Origin: Planctomycetota bacterium
GTDB taxonomy: Bacteria; Planctomycetota; UBA8108; SXIK01
DNA length: 64,000 nucleotides
NCBI GenBank assembly: GCA_965223845.1
Contig: CBDCXR010000004.1
Span: 352,001 to 416,000, forward strand
Reading direction: 5' to 3'
How positions within the stretch are numbered: position 1 is the stretch's first letter; each line of letters opens with the position of its first letter. The notes under the pieces are model-generated. The model saw only the letters and a list, made by a program, of their open reading frames with translations, searched no databases and was not told where the DNA came from. Shown in pieces: positions 47,849 through 58,203 of this stretch. Made by a program: the position numbers and the translations under genes.

Positions 47849-48994
47849 ATGGTCTTGGCTCGGTGGCTTTGGGCGCTCGGTTTGTTGGTCGTTTTGGTTC
47901 TCGTGCCGATCGATGCGGCAGCTGAGGAGCCGAGAGACGATCCGCAGTACGCGTTCGGGGAGTTTTCTGTTCCTCGTCCGAGTGCGGGGGAGTCGGTGCG
48001 GTCTTCGGTTGACGTGTCCGCGGCGCTCTCCTATCTCGAAGGCGGGGCGCTTGCCTGGTCGAAGAACCGTGGTTGTGTGAGCTGTCACACGAACGGGACG
48101 TATCTCGCTGAGCGTCCGTCTCTCGGCGCGCGGTTCGGGGCGGTGAGCAGCGAGATCCGCCGGTTTTTTGTTTCGGAGCTCGACGAGCTGAAGGGCGCGG
48201 AGCGCACGAAGCAGCGCGGTGGCGTCACGCCGACGCAGATCACTTACATCGCGCGGGGACTTGCCGAGTGGGACGCGCACGTCGCGGGAAAGTTGTCGCC
48301 CGAGACGAGCTCCGCGCTCGAGCTCATGTTTGAGATTCAACTCGAAAGCGGTGCGTGGGGGAACGTCGACTGTTGGCCGCCGTTCGAATCCGACGAGTAC
48401 CACGGCGCCGTCGTCGGTGCGATGGCCGCCGTCACCGCTCCCGGTTGGCTGAAGGAGCGCGCCGCCGAGACGTCGCGTACCAAGTTTCGTAAGACGGTCG
48501 AGTATCTCCAGCGTGAGACGCCGCCTCACGATTACGCGCGCGTTTGGCTTCTTCGCGCCGCGTCGCGCATTCCGGAGCTCCTCTCGCGGGAGAGGAAGTC
48601 GGCGATCGTCGCGATGATCATGAAGAAACAGCGACCTGACGGCGGGTGGGCGCTTCGCAGTTTCGCTGCGCCAGAGGCGTGGGGCCGCGGGAATCGAGCG
48701 GTGAAGCTCCGCGGCGAGAGAGAGTTCTCCGACCCGCCGAGCGATGGCCATCAGACGGGAGTCGTCGTTCTTGCGCTGCTCGAATCCGGACTGCCGGCGA
48801 GCGACGCACGGATTGCCCGGGGCGTCGCGTGGCTGAAGCGAACTCAGCGCGAATCCGGGCGCTGGTGGACGCGTTCTCTGAACACGGACAAGCAGCACTA
48901 CATCACGTACAGCGGCACCATGTTTCCGCTCCTCGCGCTGGCGAAGGCGGGGGCGCTCGAGCGGATCTCGCAGAAAAAAAAGGCCGCAGACTGA
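47849..48994 (+). CDS. Secreted prenyltransferase/squalene-cyclase-repeat protein
   Basis: Signal peptide; QW-like motifs QLESGAW, QRPDGGW, QRESGRW; RGCVSCHTN; SDGHQTG. Confidence 0.8.
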   Translation: MVLARWLWALGLLVVLVLVPIDAAAEEPRDDPQYAFGEFSVPRPSAGESVRSSVDVSAALSYLEGGALAWSKNRGCVSCHTNGTYLAERPSLGARFGAVSSEIRRFFVSELDELKGAERTKQRGGVTPTQITYIARGLAEWDAHVAGKLSPETSSALELMFEIQLESGAWGNVDCWPPFESDEYHGAVVGAMAAVTAPGWLKERAAETSRTKFRKTVEYLQRETPPHDYARVWLLRAASRIPELLSRERKSAIVAMIMKKQRPDGGWALRSFAAPEAWGRGNRAVKLRGEREFSDPPSDGHQTGVVVLALLESGLPASDARIARGVAWLKRTQRESGRWWTRSLNTDKQHYITYSGTMFPLLALAKAGALERISQKKKAAD

Positions 48995-49050
48995 CGATTC
49001 GCGCGGTTCCTCGAGGCCGCCCTCTGCGCGGGCGCTGAGCTTCTCGAGCG

Positions 49051-50514
49051 TCAGGCGACGACTTCGTTCAGCACCCGCCCTCCGGTGTCCGTCAGCCGCC
49101 GCAGCCGTCCGGCGTGCAGGTAGCGCAGCTTCTCGTCCTCTAGCCCCATGAGGTGAAGAATCGTCGCGTGAACGTCGCGCACGTGAATCGGGTTTCCCAC
49201 GGACCGCAGGCTGAAGTCGTCGGTCGCACCGGCCGTCGCACCGCCCTTCACTCCGCCGCCGGCGAGCCACATCGCGAGTGCGTAGGAGTTGTGCTCGCGT
49301 CCGGGGTTGTTCCCGAGTCCGCCGTTTCGAAACGGCGTCCGTCCCATCTCCGACGCCCACACGACGAGCGTATCGTCGAAGAGTCCGCGCTGCTTGAGGT
49401 CCGCGAGGAGACCCGCAATCGGACGGTCGACCTCGCGGCAGTGTTTGATCATTCCGCCCTTTACGTTCCCGTGGTCGTCCCAGCTGTCGCCGGTGATCTG
49501 GACGCCGTGGATGAGGAGCGTGTAGCGAACACCGCGCTCGACGAGACGGCGCGCGAGAAGGCACTGGCGCCCGAATCCAGCCGTCGCCGAGTCGTCGAGT
49601 CCGTACAGCTCGCGGACGTCCGCCGGCTCGGACGAAATGTCGACGATCTCCGGTGCTTCCGTCTGCATGCGGAACGCGAGCTCGAACGCGCTGATTCTCG
49701 CTTCGAGCTCGTGTGCGCCGGGTCGATCGGAGAGATGCCTTCGGTTGAGCCACTCGAGTAAGTCGAACTCGCGTCGCTGCTCGGCACGAGTGAGGCCTGG
49801 GGGTGGCTCGAGATTGAGGATCGGCGTTCCGGTCGGGCGGAGTAGCGTTCCCTGGTAGGCCGCCGGAAGATAGCCGTTCGCCCAGACGGCGGCACCGTTC
49901 ACCGGGGCGCCGCGCGGATCCTGGATGACGACGTATCCCGGCATGTTGCGGTTCTCGCTCCCGAGTCCGTACGTGACCCACGAGCCGACGGACGGACTCC
50001 CGGGGAACTGGCTCCCCGTCGTCACGTGGAGCGTCGACGGGCCGTGGTTTTGATTGTCGGTCTTGATGCCGTGAATGAAGGCGAGGTCGTCGACGTGACG
50101 GGCGAGGTGCGGAACGAGCTCGGAGAGATAGCGGCCGGATTCCCCGTGACGCGCGAACTCGAACGGGCTGCCGATGCAGGCGTGCGGGAAGCGGAGACGT
50201 CCCTCGAGCTCTCCGGAGACCCCGAGGTCGCGCGGCAGCGGCTTTCCGTGGAGACGCCGGAGCGCTGGCTTGTGCTCGAAAACGTCCATCTGGCTGACGC
50301 CGCCCTGCATGAAGAGAAAGATGCAGTGCTTCGCTCCGGCGGATCCGTGAGTGACGCGAGCCGCGAGCGGGTCGACGGATTCGGCGCCGGCCTCGTCGGC
50401 GAGCATCGCGCCGAGTGCGAGCGCGCCAACTCCGTTCCAGGAACGATGCAGAAACTCCCGCCTCGACTCGTAGGCGCTGAAGGCGCGGAGGGGGCGATCA
50501 TGGGGCGTCGTCAT
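49051..50514 (-). CDS. DUF1501 domain protein (Tat signal)
   Basis: SRREFL twin-Arg signal; IFLFMQGGVSQMD, FGRQCLLARRLVERGVR, WDDH, SEMGRTP, GREHN. Confidence 0.92.
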   Translation of the reverse strand: MTTPHDRPLRAFSAYESRREFLHRSWNGVGALALGAMLADEAGAESVDPLAARVTHGSAGAKHCIFLFMQGGVSQMDVFEHKPALRRLHGKPLPRDLGVSGELEGRLRFPHACIGSPFEFARHGESGRYLSELVPHLARHVDDLAFIHGIKTDNQNHGPSTLHVTTGSQFPGSPSVGSWVTYGLGSENRNMPGYVVIQDPRGAPVNGAAVWANGYLPAAYQGTLLRPTGTPILNLEPPPGLTRAEQRREFDLLEWLNRRHLSDRPGAHELEARISAFELAFRMQTEAPEIVDISSEPADVRELYGLDDSATAGFGRQCLLARRLVERGVRYTLLIHGVQITGDSWDDHGNVKGGMIKHCREVDRPIAGLLADLKQRGLFDDTLVVWASEMGRTPFRNGGLGNNPGREHNSYALAMWLAGGGVKGGATAGATDDFSLRSVGNPIHVRDVHATILHLMGLEDEKLRYLHAGRLRRLTDTGGRVLNEVVA

Positions 50515-50531
50515 GGCGTCGTTCGGTCGAT

Positions 50532-53444
50532 TCAATCCACGTAGACGAATTCGTTTGAGCAGTAAAGAAGCCGGCAAAGACCGGTGAGGCCCTTCTCTGG
50601 CGGCGAATCATCGAGGAAACGACGCATTTCGCTGCGCTCCTCGTCGCTCGGCGTCCGCGCGAGAGCGAGGACGAAGGCGCGTTCGATCTGACGGTCGCGG
50701 TCGTCACCGGCATCCGCCTTCACCCGCGCGGCAAAGTGTTCAGCCTCCTCGTTCACGAACTCGCCGTTGTAGAGCGCGAGTGCCTGGAGCGCGGTGACGG
50801 AGGCTCGCCGTCGCGGACGAGATTCATCGCAGACGAGCGCGTCGAAGGTCTGGAGAAACGGCATCGTGAGCGTCCGTTGCTGGTAGATATAGATGCTCCG
50901 CTTTCGCCCGCGCTCGTCGTAGTCGGTCGCCCACTTGCTCGCCGAGTACTTCACGCGCTCAGCGATATTCTCGGGGAGCGGCGGGAAGATCGGGAGTCCG
51001 TACGACTCGGGGTTGAGCCGTCCGCTTACCGCGAGGACACTGTCTCGCACCGCTTCCGCTTCCAGTCGGCGCCGCCGAAACCGCCAGAGGAGCCGGTTCT
51101 CGGGATCGATCGTCGCGGCCTTCGCGTCGACCCGCTGAGAAGTTTGGCGGTACGTGCTCGACGTGACGATGAGCCGGTGCATCGCCTTGAGGCTCCACTT
51201 CGCCGCGACGAACTCGCCGGCGAGCCAGTCGAGGAGCTCGGGATGCGACGGGCCGCCGCTCAGCTTCCCGAAGTCGCTCGGGGTCGCGACGATGCCGCGG
51301 CCGAAGTGACGGTACCAGAGGCGATTCACCATGACGCGCGCGGTGAGCGGGTTCTCCGGACTCGCGATCCAGTCCGCGAGCGCCATGCGGCGGCTTCGCG
51401 TCGGCCAGCGCTTGAACGGATCGAGACGAATCTTCGCCGGCTCCTGGTTGCCGGTGACGCAACTCGGAAATCCCGCCTCGACGATCTCACCCGGATTGTC
51501 GTACTCGCCGCGAATCATTACCCGAGTCGTCGGCACACCGGGTTCATACGGGGGGCCGTAGGAGTGCCGGAGCGACATTGCGAGCGGCTCGAGTCGCTTC
51601 AGGTGTTGAGGAATGAACCGCTCTCGCGTCGAGAGAAAACGGTAGCGACGGCTCTCGTCCTCGCTGACGACGCTGCGATCGTCGAGACGGCTTTCGATGC
51701 CGTCGTCTGCCCCGAGCGCGGTCGGGTAGACGAACGTCGAGATGAACTTCCCCCTTCCGGCACCGACTTCGAAGCCGTAGCCTTCGCCCGTGTGCTCGAC
51801 CGAGTACACCGCGGCGAGGCTGCCGGTGCGATCGCGCAGAAACGAGGCGCTCTTTGCATTCGCGCGGAGGTAGTCTCCTTCGAATCGCACGGCGGGTGCG
51901 TCCACGGCGCCGAGCGTCGCGACGCGCGGCTGGAGTTTCGCGTCCGCCTGGCGGAGGTCGACCGACGACACTTTGTCTCGCCACGATGCGACCGCGCTTC
52001 CCGGAGCCGGATTTGGCGTCTCCGGGTCCGCATCGAGGTCCGACGCGTCGAGCCAGAAGCGAAGACCGTTTCGCGGTGGCTCGGCGCCTGCGTTCGCTCC
52101 GTTTTCGTACCTCGCGCGTACGTAGGTGCCAAACGCCGCGCGCTCCTCCTCGGAGAGAGGGTGATCGTAGATGAGGATTTCAGCGAAGCTCCCGCGGTGC
52201 TCGGCTCCGCGCGGGGCTCCGGTCCCTTCGGTGTAGAGACCGAGACCGATGTGAGCGGGGTCGGGAAGATCGCCGAACCACTGACCGCGATTCGATCCCG
52301 CGCGTCCCGCGGTTTCGCCCGCCCCGTGGCCGTCGGTGAAGAACGTCCACCTTCTGTCGGCGGCGCTGACCACCGTCCAGTGGATCTCGCCTCCGGCGAC
52401 GGGGCGGCGATCGAAGATGTAGTCGTTCCCGTCGATCATGCTCTGGATGCCGAAACCCGAGCGGGGACCGCCGAGGCGCTCGCTGAGTTGCGTCTTCAGC
52501 TCCGCGAGCTCGCGCTTGGCGTCCGTTCGTTCGCGCTCGAGCGCGGCACGAGTCGTCGCAGCCCACTCCTTCTCGCCGGTTCGGTAAAACTCCGCGGGAA
52601 GCGGCCCGCCGATTTGGAAGATGTCACCCGGCGCGGGCCGCTCGATGTTCACCGTCGAGAAGAACGCCTTCAGGCGGTAGAAGTCCTTCGTCGGGATCTC
52701 GTCGTACTTGTGATCGTGGCATTTCGCGCAGCCGACGGTGAGTCCGAGAAAGACGGACGCAACGGTCGAGGTGATCTCGCTGAGCATTTCATGGCGCGTC
52801 TCGTCGCCGCGCGGCTCCGTGAACGGTGCGAGGCGAAGAAACGTGAGGGCGACGGTGTGCTCGGCTGGCACCGCGGGCAGGTGGCCGGCTCCCATGACTT
52901 CGGCGAACTCATCGCCCGCGAGCTGTTCACGGATGAACCGATCGTAGGGCTTGTCGCGGTTGAGGGAGTCGATGACGTAGTCGCGGTAGCGCCATGCGTG
53001 GGGGAGATCGGGGTCGCCCTCGTAACCCGCGGTGTCGGCGTAGCGCGCGAGATCGAGCCAGAATCTCGCCCATCGCTCGCCGTAGCGCCGGTCGTCGAGG
53101 AGCCGGTCGACGAGCTTTTCGTACGCGTCGGGAGCTCGATCGGCGAGGGCGTCGGCGAGTTCGGCCGGACTCGGCGGCAGCCCGATGAGGTCGAGGTACA
53201 CGCGCCGGACGAGGGCGCGCCGCGACGCCTCTTTCGCCGGCTCGAGACCGTTCTCTTCGAGCGCGTGGAGGATGAACCCGTCGATCCCGTTCCGCGGCCA
53301 ATCTCTGTTCGCGACCGGCGGCGGCTCGACGGGGAGAGGCCGGTAAAACGGCCAGGGGCGCTTCTCGGGGGGTGCCGGCGGGTCGACCCCGAACGCGATG
53401 CCGCTCGAGGTGACGACCGCGAGGATCAAGGCGAATCGGATCAT
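50532..53444 (-). CDS. DUF1549 + DUF1553 (PSCyt2/PSD1) protein with an inserted LamG-like segment
   Basis: RRVYLDLIGLPP, YGERWARFWLDLARYADT, GLTVGCAKCHDHKYD, NPLTARVMVNRLW..HFGRG, HPELLDWLA, SNEFVYVD. Confidence 0.92.
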   Translation of the reverse strand: MIRFALILAVVTSSGIAFGVDPPAPPEKRPWPFYRPLPVEPPPVANRDWPRNGIDGFILHALEENGLEPAKEASRRALVRRVYLDLIGLPPSPAELADALADRAPDAYEKLVDRLLDDRRYGERWARFWLDLARYADTAGYEGDPDLPHAWRYRDYVIDSLNRDKPYDRFIREQLAGDEFAEVMGAGHLPAVPAEHTVALTFLRLAPFTEPRGDETRHEMLSEITSTVASVFLGLTVGCAKCHDHKYDEIPTKDFYRLKAFFSTVNIERPAPGDIFQIGGPLPAEFYRTGEKEWAATTRAALERERTDAKRELAELKTQLSERLGGPRSGFGIQSMIDGNDYIFDRRPVAGGEIHWTVVSAADRRWTFFTDGHGAGETAGRAGSNRGQWFGDLPDPAHIGLGLYTEGTGAPRGAEHRGSFAEILIYDHPLSEEERAAFGTYVRARYENGANAGAEPPRNGLRFWLDASDLDADPETPNPAPGSAVASWRDKVSSVDLRQADAKLQPRVATLGAVDAPAVRFEGDYLRANAKSASFLRDRTGSLAAVYSVEHTGEGYGFEVGAGRGKFISTFVYPTALGADDGIESRLDDRSVVSEDESRRYRFLSTRERFIPQHLKRLEPLAMSLRHSYGPPYEPGVPTTRVMIRGEYDNPGEIVEAGFPSCVTGNQEPAKIRLDPFKRWPTRSRRMALADWIASPENPLTARVMVNRLWYRHFGRGIVATPSDFGKLSGGPSHPELLDWLAGEFVAAKWSLKAMHRLIVTSSTYRQTSQRVDAKAATIDPENRLLWRFRRRRLEAEAVRDSVLAVSGRLNPESYGLPIFPPLPENIAERVKYSASKWATDYDERGRKRSIYIYQQRTLTMPFLQTFDALVCDESRPRRRASVTALQALALYNGEFVNEEAEHFAARVKADAGDDRDRQIERAFVLALARTPSDEERSEMRRFLDDSPPEKGLTGLCRLLYCSNEFVYVD

Positions 53445-54173
53445 GGTCGAGCTCGGTTCCGCTCGCTCAGGGCTCTTTCAAGTCCCTCGCCGTCGGCCGG
53501 CCCGAGGAACCTAGGCCCGTCAGCCCAGCGACTAAGTGATCTGCAACCCGCTCATCATAAGAGGCTTGTCGCGGCGCCCGCAAGTCCGCCGCGCGTCCTC
53601 GCGCCGCCGGAACTCGGTCCCCACGTTAGTCTTATCCTCGAAGCCACGCACGCGTCGCGACGGGGGTGCCTCGACTCTCTGCGCGGGCGGATTCGGTCCG
53701 GCGACGGCGGCGGTCGAGTGCTTTGGGTCCGACTGCGACTTGCGCCCGGGGGAATTCGATTCTACCGTTCGTTAGGTTCTGATACCTTGGTCGAGCGAGG
53801 TCGGCACCATGGTCGGCCCCGTTCGGGGTCGCGTCCCCGGGGCGCGACGATCTAAGCACGGCCGAACCGAAGCCGAGAACGACGGAGTGTCGGTCGGTTT
53901 CGATCCTCACGACGGAGGAGTCCTTTCTTCGCTCGGCGCGCATGTCGAGTGGATCGAACGGCCAACTTCTGCCGCGACCCGGTCTCTGCGGACGATTTTC
54001 ACCGGGTGATTCATGAACACCGTCGCGAGAGGGCGGAGAAGCCCGACGCAAACGCGATCGGATTAGACGGATCGTGCATCATTCGGTCGCTGGCTACGAA
54101 ACTTCGGGGCACCGGCCCCACGCTCACCGGGAGGGTCCCGGTAACGATCTCAACGTGTTGGTAGGGACTCGTC

Positions 54174-54530
54174 ATGTCGTCCTTTGAGGACAAGACGCTC
54201 ACGTGCGTCGATTGCGGCGCGGAATTCATCCACTCGGCGGACGCTCAGGAACGATTCTCGGAGCTCGGCTTCGCCGACCCGAAGCGCTGTCTCAATTGTC
54301 GGCGCGAGCGCAAGCGGTCCGGTGGTGGAGGCGGCGGCGGTGGTGGTGGCGAGTGGCGGTCCGGAACCGGCGGTGGCGGCGGCCACGGCGGCGGGGGTGG
54401 AGACCGCTCGCGCGGGCCGCGTGTCGAGCACGAGGTCGTTTGCGCGGAGTGCGGCGTCACGACGACCGTTCCCTTCGAGCCGCGCGGCGACCGTCCGGTG
54501 TACTGCCGCGACTGCTACCGTCGGCAGTAG
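54174..54530 (+). CDS. Zinc-ribbon + CxxC-x17-CxxC domain protein with a Gly-rich linker
   Basis: DKTLTCVDCG.EF...PKRCLNCR; VCAECG...VPFEPRGDRPVYCRDCY. Confidence 0.9.
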   Translation: MSSFEDKTLTCVDCGAEFIHSADAQERFSELGFADPKRCLNCRRERKRSGGGGGGGGGGEWRSGTGGGGGHGGGGGDRSRGPRVEHEVVCAECGVTTTVPFEPRGDRPVYCRDCYRRQ

Positions 54531-54645
54531 TCCCGACGCGTAGAGGTCATCGAGAGTAGATCCCTCGCGCCCGACGTTGAGGGATCCACTCTCGATCCTC
54601 AACCGAATCGTCTGCCGTCGTGCGGTCGACGACGCGCGCGAGCGT

Positions 54646-56052
54646 TTACTCCCACCAGTACTCGTGGGTCCAGTACGCGAATTGGTCGAACCCGCCGTGC
54701 GTCTGGGGCTCGTCCGACCCGTAGGCGAACACCTTGAACCGTATGCGATCGCGGACGTCCTCGGGGATGAGGTGAGCCGCGCCACGCGTGTTCTGCCAGC
54801 GGCCGAACGTTCGGTCGAGGTGAATCCACGGCGTGGCGTACATCGTGTCGACCCAGACGAGAAGCGTTCCGTTCGGCACGGTTCCCCCCCAGACTTCTTC
54901 GCGGTTCTCTGCGTTCGGATGGAGGCACAGGTTGTAGAAGCTGGCCTCCTTCTGCTTCCTCAGATACGGAACGACATCGTCGAGGAAGTCGCGAATGGTG
55001 CACGCCGCGCCCATGTAGACGATGTCCGCCGCCGGCGGATTCGGGTTCGACGCCATCCGGCGAAGCGCCTCCGAGAGCACGATGCAGCCCATGCTGTGGC
55101 CGATGAACGTGAGCTCGTACTCGCTCGGATGCCTCGCGACGAACTCTTCGAGGTGGTGGAGGAGAACGCCGAACGCGCCGGAGCCTCGCTTCGCGGAGTG
55201 CTCGCGATCGAAGGCGGTGAGGTCGGCTTCCCGGTTCTCGAACTCGCTCGGCTTGTCGAAGAGGATCATGGTGCGCCGGAGCATGTTCTGCCACGCCGCG
55301 TCGCCCAGCGTGTCGGCAACGGGTGTCGTCGCGAATTTGACGGGCGAAGTCGCGATCCAGCGAACGACCCCCCAGAAACGCGAGGGCTCCGCGTCGTCGT
55401 CGCTCGATTCGCGGACGACGAGGCCCGGCGGGAGCTCGCCGTTGCTCGACTGATCCTTAGCTCCCTCCCAGAGTTTCGCGAAGCGTGTGAACCAGCTCTT
55501 CGGCGCCTCCACCACGACGCGCCCGACATCGGCGAGGAAGTAGAAAGGAACCGCGAGGTGCCTCCACGCGGGCTTTCGTCCCTCCCGGATCGAGACGAGC
55601 TGCTCGCCGTAAGTGTTGATCGCCTCGCTGTGCCAGTTGACGAAGATCGGGAACGCACCTGCGTCTAGGATCTTCGGTGCGTCGCGAGCCGCTCGGCGCA
55701 GCGACGTCGAGAACTCGTTCAGCCCGCCGTGGACGTAGACGAGGATCTTCTTTTTTCCGGAATTCTGGATCGCCGTGAAGACCCGATCGAGATGCGCCGC
55801 GTACGCCGGCTCCAAGTTGGGGTTGTCGAGGAGATTCTGTTGATGCCGGAAGCCGTCCCGATCCGAAAACGGCGTGTTGGATCGGATCGGAATGAAGTTC
55901 CCGTCGCTATCGACGGCGACGATGTGCGGTAGGGCGCTGTCGGGGACTACGATCGCGCAAGACGCGAGGAACCCCGTGATGAGAAGAACGGCCGCTAGTC
56001 GCAGACGACCGGCGTGCCCCGCGCCGTTAGAGATGGACAGAGAAGATCTCAC
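54646..56052 (-). CDS. Alpha/beta-hydrolase-fold lipoprotein (DUF900-like)
   Basis: Lipobox FLASC; LVYVHGGLN; nucleophile elbow IGHSMG; YMGAAC. Confidence 0.75.
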   Translation of the reverse strand: MRSSLSISNGAGHAGRLRLAAVLLITGFLASCAIVVPDSALPHIVAVDSDGNFIPIRSNTPFSDRDGFRHQQNLLDNPNLEPAYAAHLDRVFTAIQNSGKKKILVYVHGGLNEFSTSLRRAARDAPKILDAGAFPIFVNWHSEAINTYGEQLVSIREGRKPAWRHLAVPFYFLADVGRVVVEAPKSWFTRFAKLWEGAKDQSSNGELPPGLVVRESSDDDAEPSRFWGVVRWIATSPVKFATTPVADTLGDAAWQNMLRRTMILFDKPSEFENREADLTAFDREHSAKRGSGAFGVLLHHLEEFVARHPSEYELTFIGHSMGCIVLSEALRRMASNPNPPAADIVYMGAACTIRDFLDDVVPYLRKQKEASFYNLCLHPNAENREEVWGGTVPNGTLLVWVDTMYATPWIHLDRTFGRWQNTRGAAHLIPEDVRDRIRFKVFAYGSDEPQTHGGFDQFAYWTHEYWWE

Positions 56053-56073
56053 AACGAACCCCCTGATTCTGCG

Positions 56074-57615
56074 TTAACGAATCGATTCCTCGGGAAGCTC
56101 GGTCTTGATCCCCTCGTCGATCGGCATCCGATCGGGAATCGCACCGGCCTCCGCGAGCAGACGTGCGAGCTCCGCCTGAAGCTCGCGCAGCGTTTCCGCG
56201 TGCGCGGGGTCGTCGACGAGATTGCGCCGCTCCCCGGGGTCGCTCGCGAGGTGATAGAGCTCCGCCTTGTGGCGGTCCGGACCGCCGTCGCCGTGCGGAT
56301 AGTGAACGTACTTCCAATCGTCCGTGCGCACTCCGCGGACGTTCGGCGTGTACGGAAACTGCTTCTCGTAGTTGTACTCGTAGAACCAGCTTTTACGCCA
56401 ATCGGTCGCCTCACCAGCGACGAGCTGCTTCCACGAGCGACCGTGCACCTTCTCGATCGGGGGGGCGGAGCAGATCTCGAGAACGCTCGGACAAACGTCG
56501 ATGTTGAGCACTTGCTCCTCGACCACAGTGCCCGCTCGTACGAGCGGTGGATACCGAACCAGGAGCGGGACTCGAATGCTCTCCTCGTGCATCGTCCGCT
56601 TGTCGATCATGCCGTGCTCCCCGAGAAGGAAGCTGTTGTCTCCGGCGAACACGACGAGCGTGTCGTCGAGCTCACCGAGCTCCTCGAGCGCGGCGTAGAT
56701 GCGCCCCACGCTGTCATCGACGCTCGCAATCGTCGCGGTGTAGGCCTTCACGAACTGCTCGAAAACTCGGACGCCTTCGGCGCTCGTGTCGGGAAACTCC
56801 TTCCGGAAGCCGTAGAGCGGTCCGTAGATTCCGTGCCACGTCGCGAGCCGTTCGCGAATCCAGTCGGGCTTTCCCGCGAGGTCGAATCCGCTCTGAGGGT
56901 AGGGGACCATGACCCGGTCGAACACGGTCTCGTACTTCTTCTCCGGGACGAACGGCCCGTGTGGGGCCTTGTGCCCGATCATGAGCAGGAACGGTTCATC
57001 ACCTTCGCGCGCTCGGAGCCAATCGACCGCCACGTCCGTGATCCGCGACGTGTAATAGCCCTTCAGCACGCGGCGAGTTCCGTTAACGTTGAACTCGGTG
57101 TCGTAGTATTTCCCTTGTCCCTTGTGCGAGACCCAATAGTCGAATCCCGGGCGACGCTCATCGTCCTGCTCGCCCATGTGCCATTTCCCGATATAGGCCG
57201 TCTCGTACCCAGCGGCTTGAAGCCGGCGGGGGAAGCTCGGCAGGTCATTCGGGTAGTCCGTGAAGTTGTTCACGACTCCGTGGGTGCTTGCGTAGAGCCC
57301 CGAGAGAAATGACGCTCGACTGGGCGAGCAGAGCGACGTCGTCACGAACATGTTCGCGAATCGCGCGCCCTCGGCGGCGAGCCGGTCGAGGTGGGGAGTC
57401 TTGAGGAAGGGGTGCCCCTCGACGCTGAGACAGTCCCAGCGCTGATCGTCCGTCAAGATGAACACGACGTTCGGGCGAGGCGCTCTCGGGGCGCGGCTCC
57501 GGAAGAGCTCACATCCGGGAAGGGCGAGCAGCAGGAAGAGCAGGATGGTGAGGTCGCGCGCGAGTGCTCGAGGGCGATGCGGGCGAGCGCGCGCAGCTTC
57601 GAACTTCTGGTTCAT
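56074..57615 (-). CDS. Sulfatase (Cys-type; lipoprotein-like signal)
   Basis: [54 protein letters not shown]. Confidence 0.93.
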   Translation of the reverse strand: MNQKFEAARARPHRPRALARDLTILLFLLLALPGCELFRSRAPRAPRPNVVFILTDDQRWDCLSVEGHPFLKTPHLDRLAAEGARFANMFVTTSLCSPSRASFLSGLYASTHGVVNNFTDYPNDLPSFPRRLQAAGYETAYIGKWHMGEQDDERRPGFDYWVSHKGQGKYYDTEFNVNGTRRVLKGYYTSRITDVAVDWLRAREGDEPFLLMIGHKAPHGPFVPEKKYETVFDRVMVPYPQSGFDLAGKPDWIRERLATWHGIYGPLYGFRKEFPDTSAEGVRVFEQFVKAYTATIASVDDSVGRIYAALEELGELDDTLVVFAGDNSFLLGEHGMIDKRTMHEESIRVPLLVRYPPLVRAGTVVEEQVLNIDVCPSVLEICSAPPIEKVHGRSWKQLVAGEATDWRKSWFYEYNYEKQFPYTPNVRGVRTDDWKYVHYPHGDGGPDRHKAELYHLASDPGERRNLVDDPAHAETLRELQAELARLLAEAGAIPDRMPIDEGIKTELPEESIR

Positions 57616-57672
57616 CTCGGTGTCCTTCGATTCGCACCCCGGACGCGATTCGCCGATTGCCACGTCGACTTT

Positions 57673-58203
57673 CTACGAGCTCGCGGGCGGATTCCCCTCG
57701 CGCTTGGAACGAAAAAAATCGGTCAAAATACGCCCGCATTCCTCGGCTCGTACTCCTCCGGCGACGAGGGGGACGTGATTGTTCCGCGGGTGCGCAAGGA
57801 TCTCGTGGACCGACGTGTGAGCGCCCGCCTTGGGGTCGAGCGCACCGTAGCACACGTACGGCAGACGCGCGAGAACGATCGCACCGGCACACATGGCGCA
57901 CGGCTCCAGGGTGACGAAGATCGCTGCGTTCGTGAGGCGCCAGCTCTCGTAGTGAGCGGCCGCTTGCGTGATCGCGAGGACTTCGGCGTGTGCGGTCGGA
58001 TCAGAAAGGAGCTCTCGTTGATTGTGCGCGCGCGCGATGACGCGGCCGGTCGGGATGTCGACGATGATCGCTCCGACCGGCACCTCGTCGCGCTCCCGCG
58101 CCCGCGCCGCCTCTCGGAGCGCGACGTCCATCAGACTTTCGGGCGAATGGAGCTCAAAGAGCGCTAGGAGTTTCGCCTCGAACGACACTCGCTGTTCCTC
58201 CAC
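57673..58203 (-). CDS. tadA: tRNA adenosine(34) deaminase
   Basis: EVPVGA, DPTAHAE, TLEPCAMCAGA, YGALDPKAGA, LTDFFRSKR. Confidence 0.9.
   Translation of the reverse strand: MEEQRVSFEAKLLALFELHSPESLMDVALREAARARERDEVPVGAIIVDIPTGRVIARAHNQRELLSDPTAHAEVLAITQAAAHYESWRLTNAAIFVTLEPCAMCAGAIVLARLPYVCYGALDPKAGAHTSVHEILAHPRNNHVPLVAGGVRAEECGRILTDFFRSKREGNPPASS

Noticed and set aside
54319-54402. GGC/GGT trinucleotide repeat
   Set aside because: It encodes the Gly-rich linker of the zinc-ribbon protein and is not an independent element.
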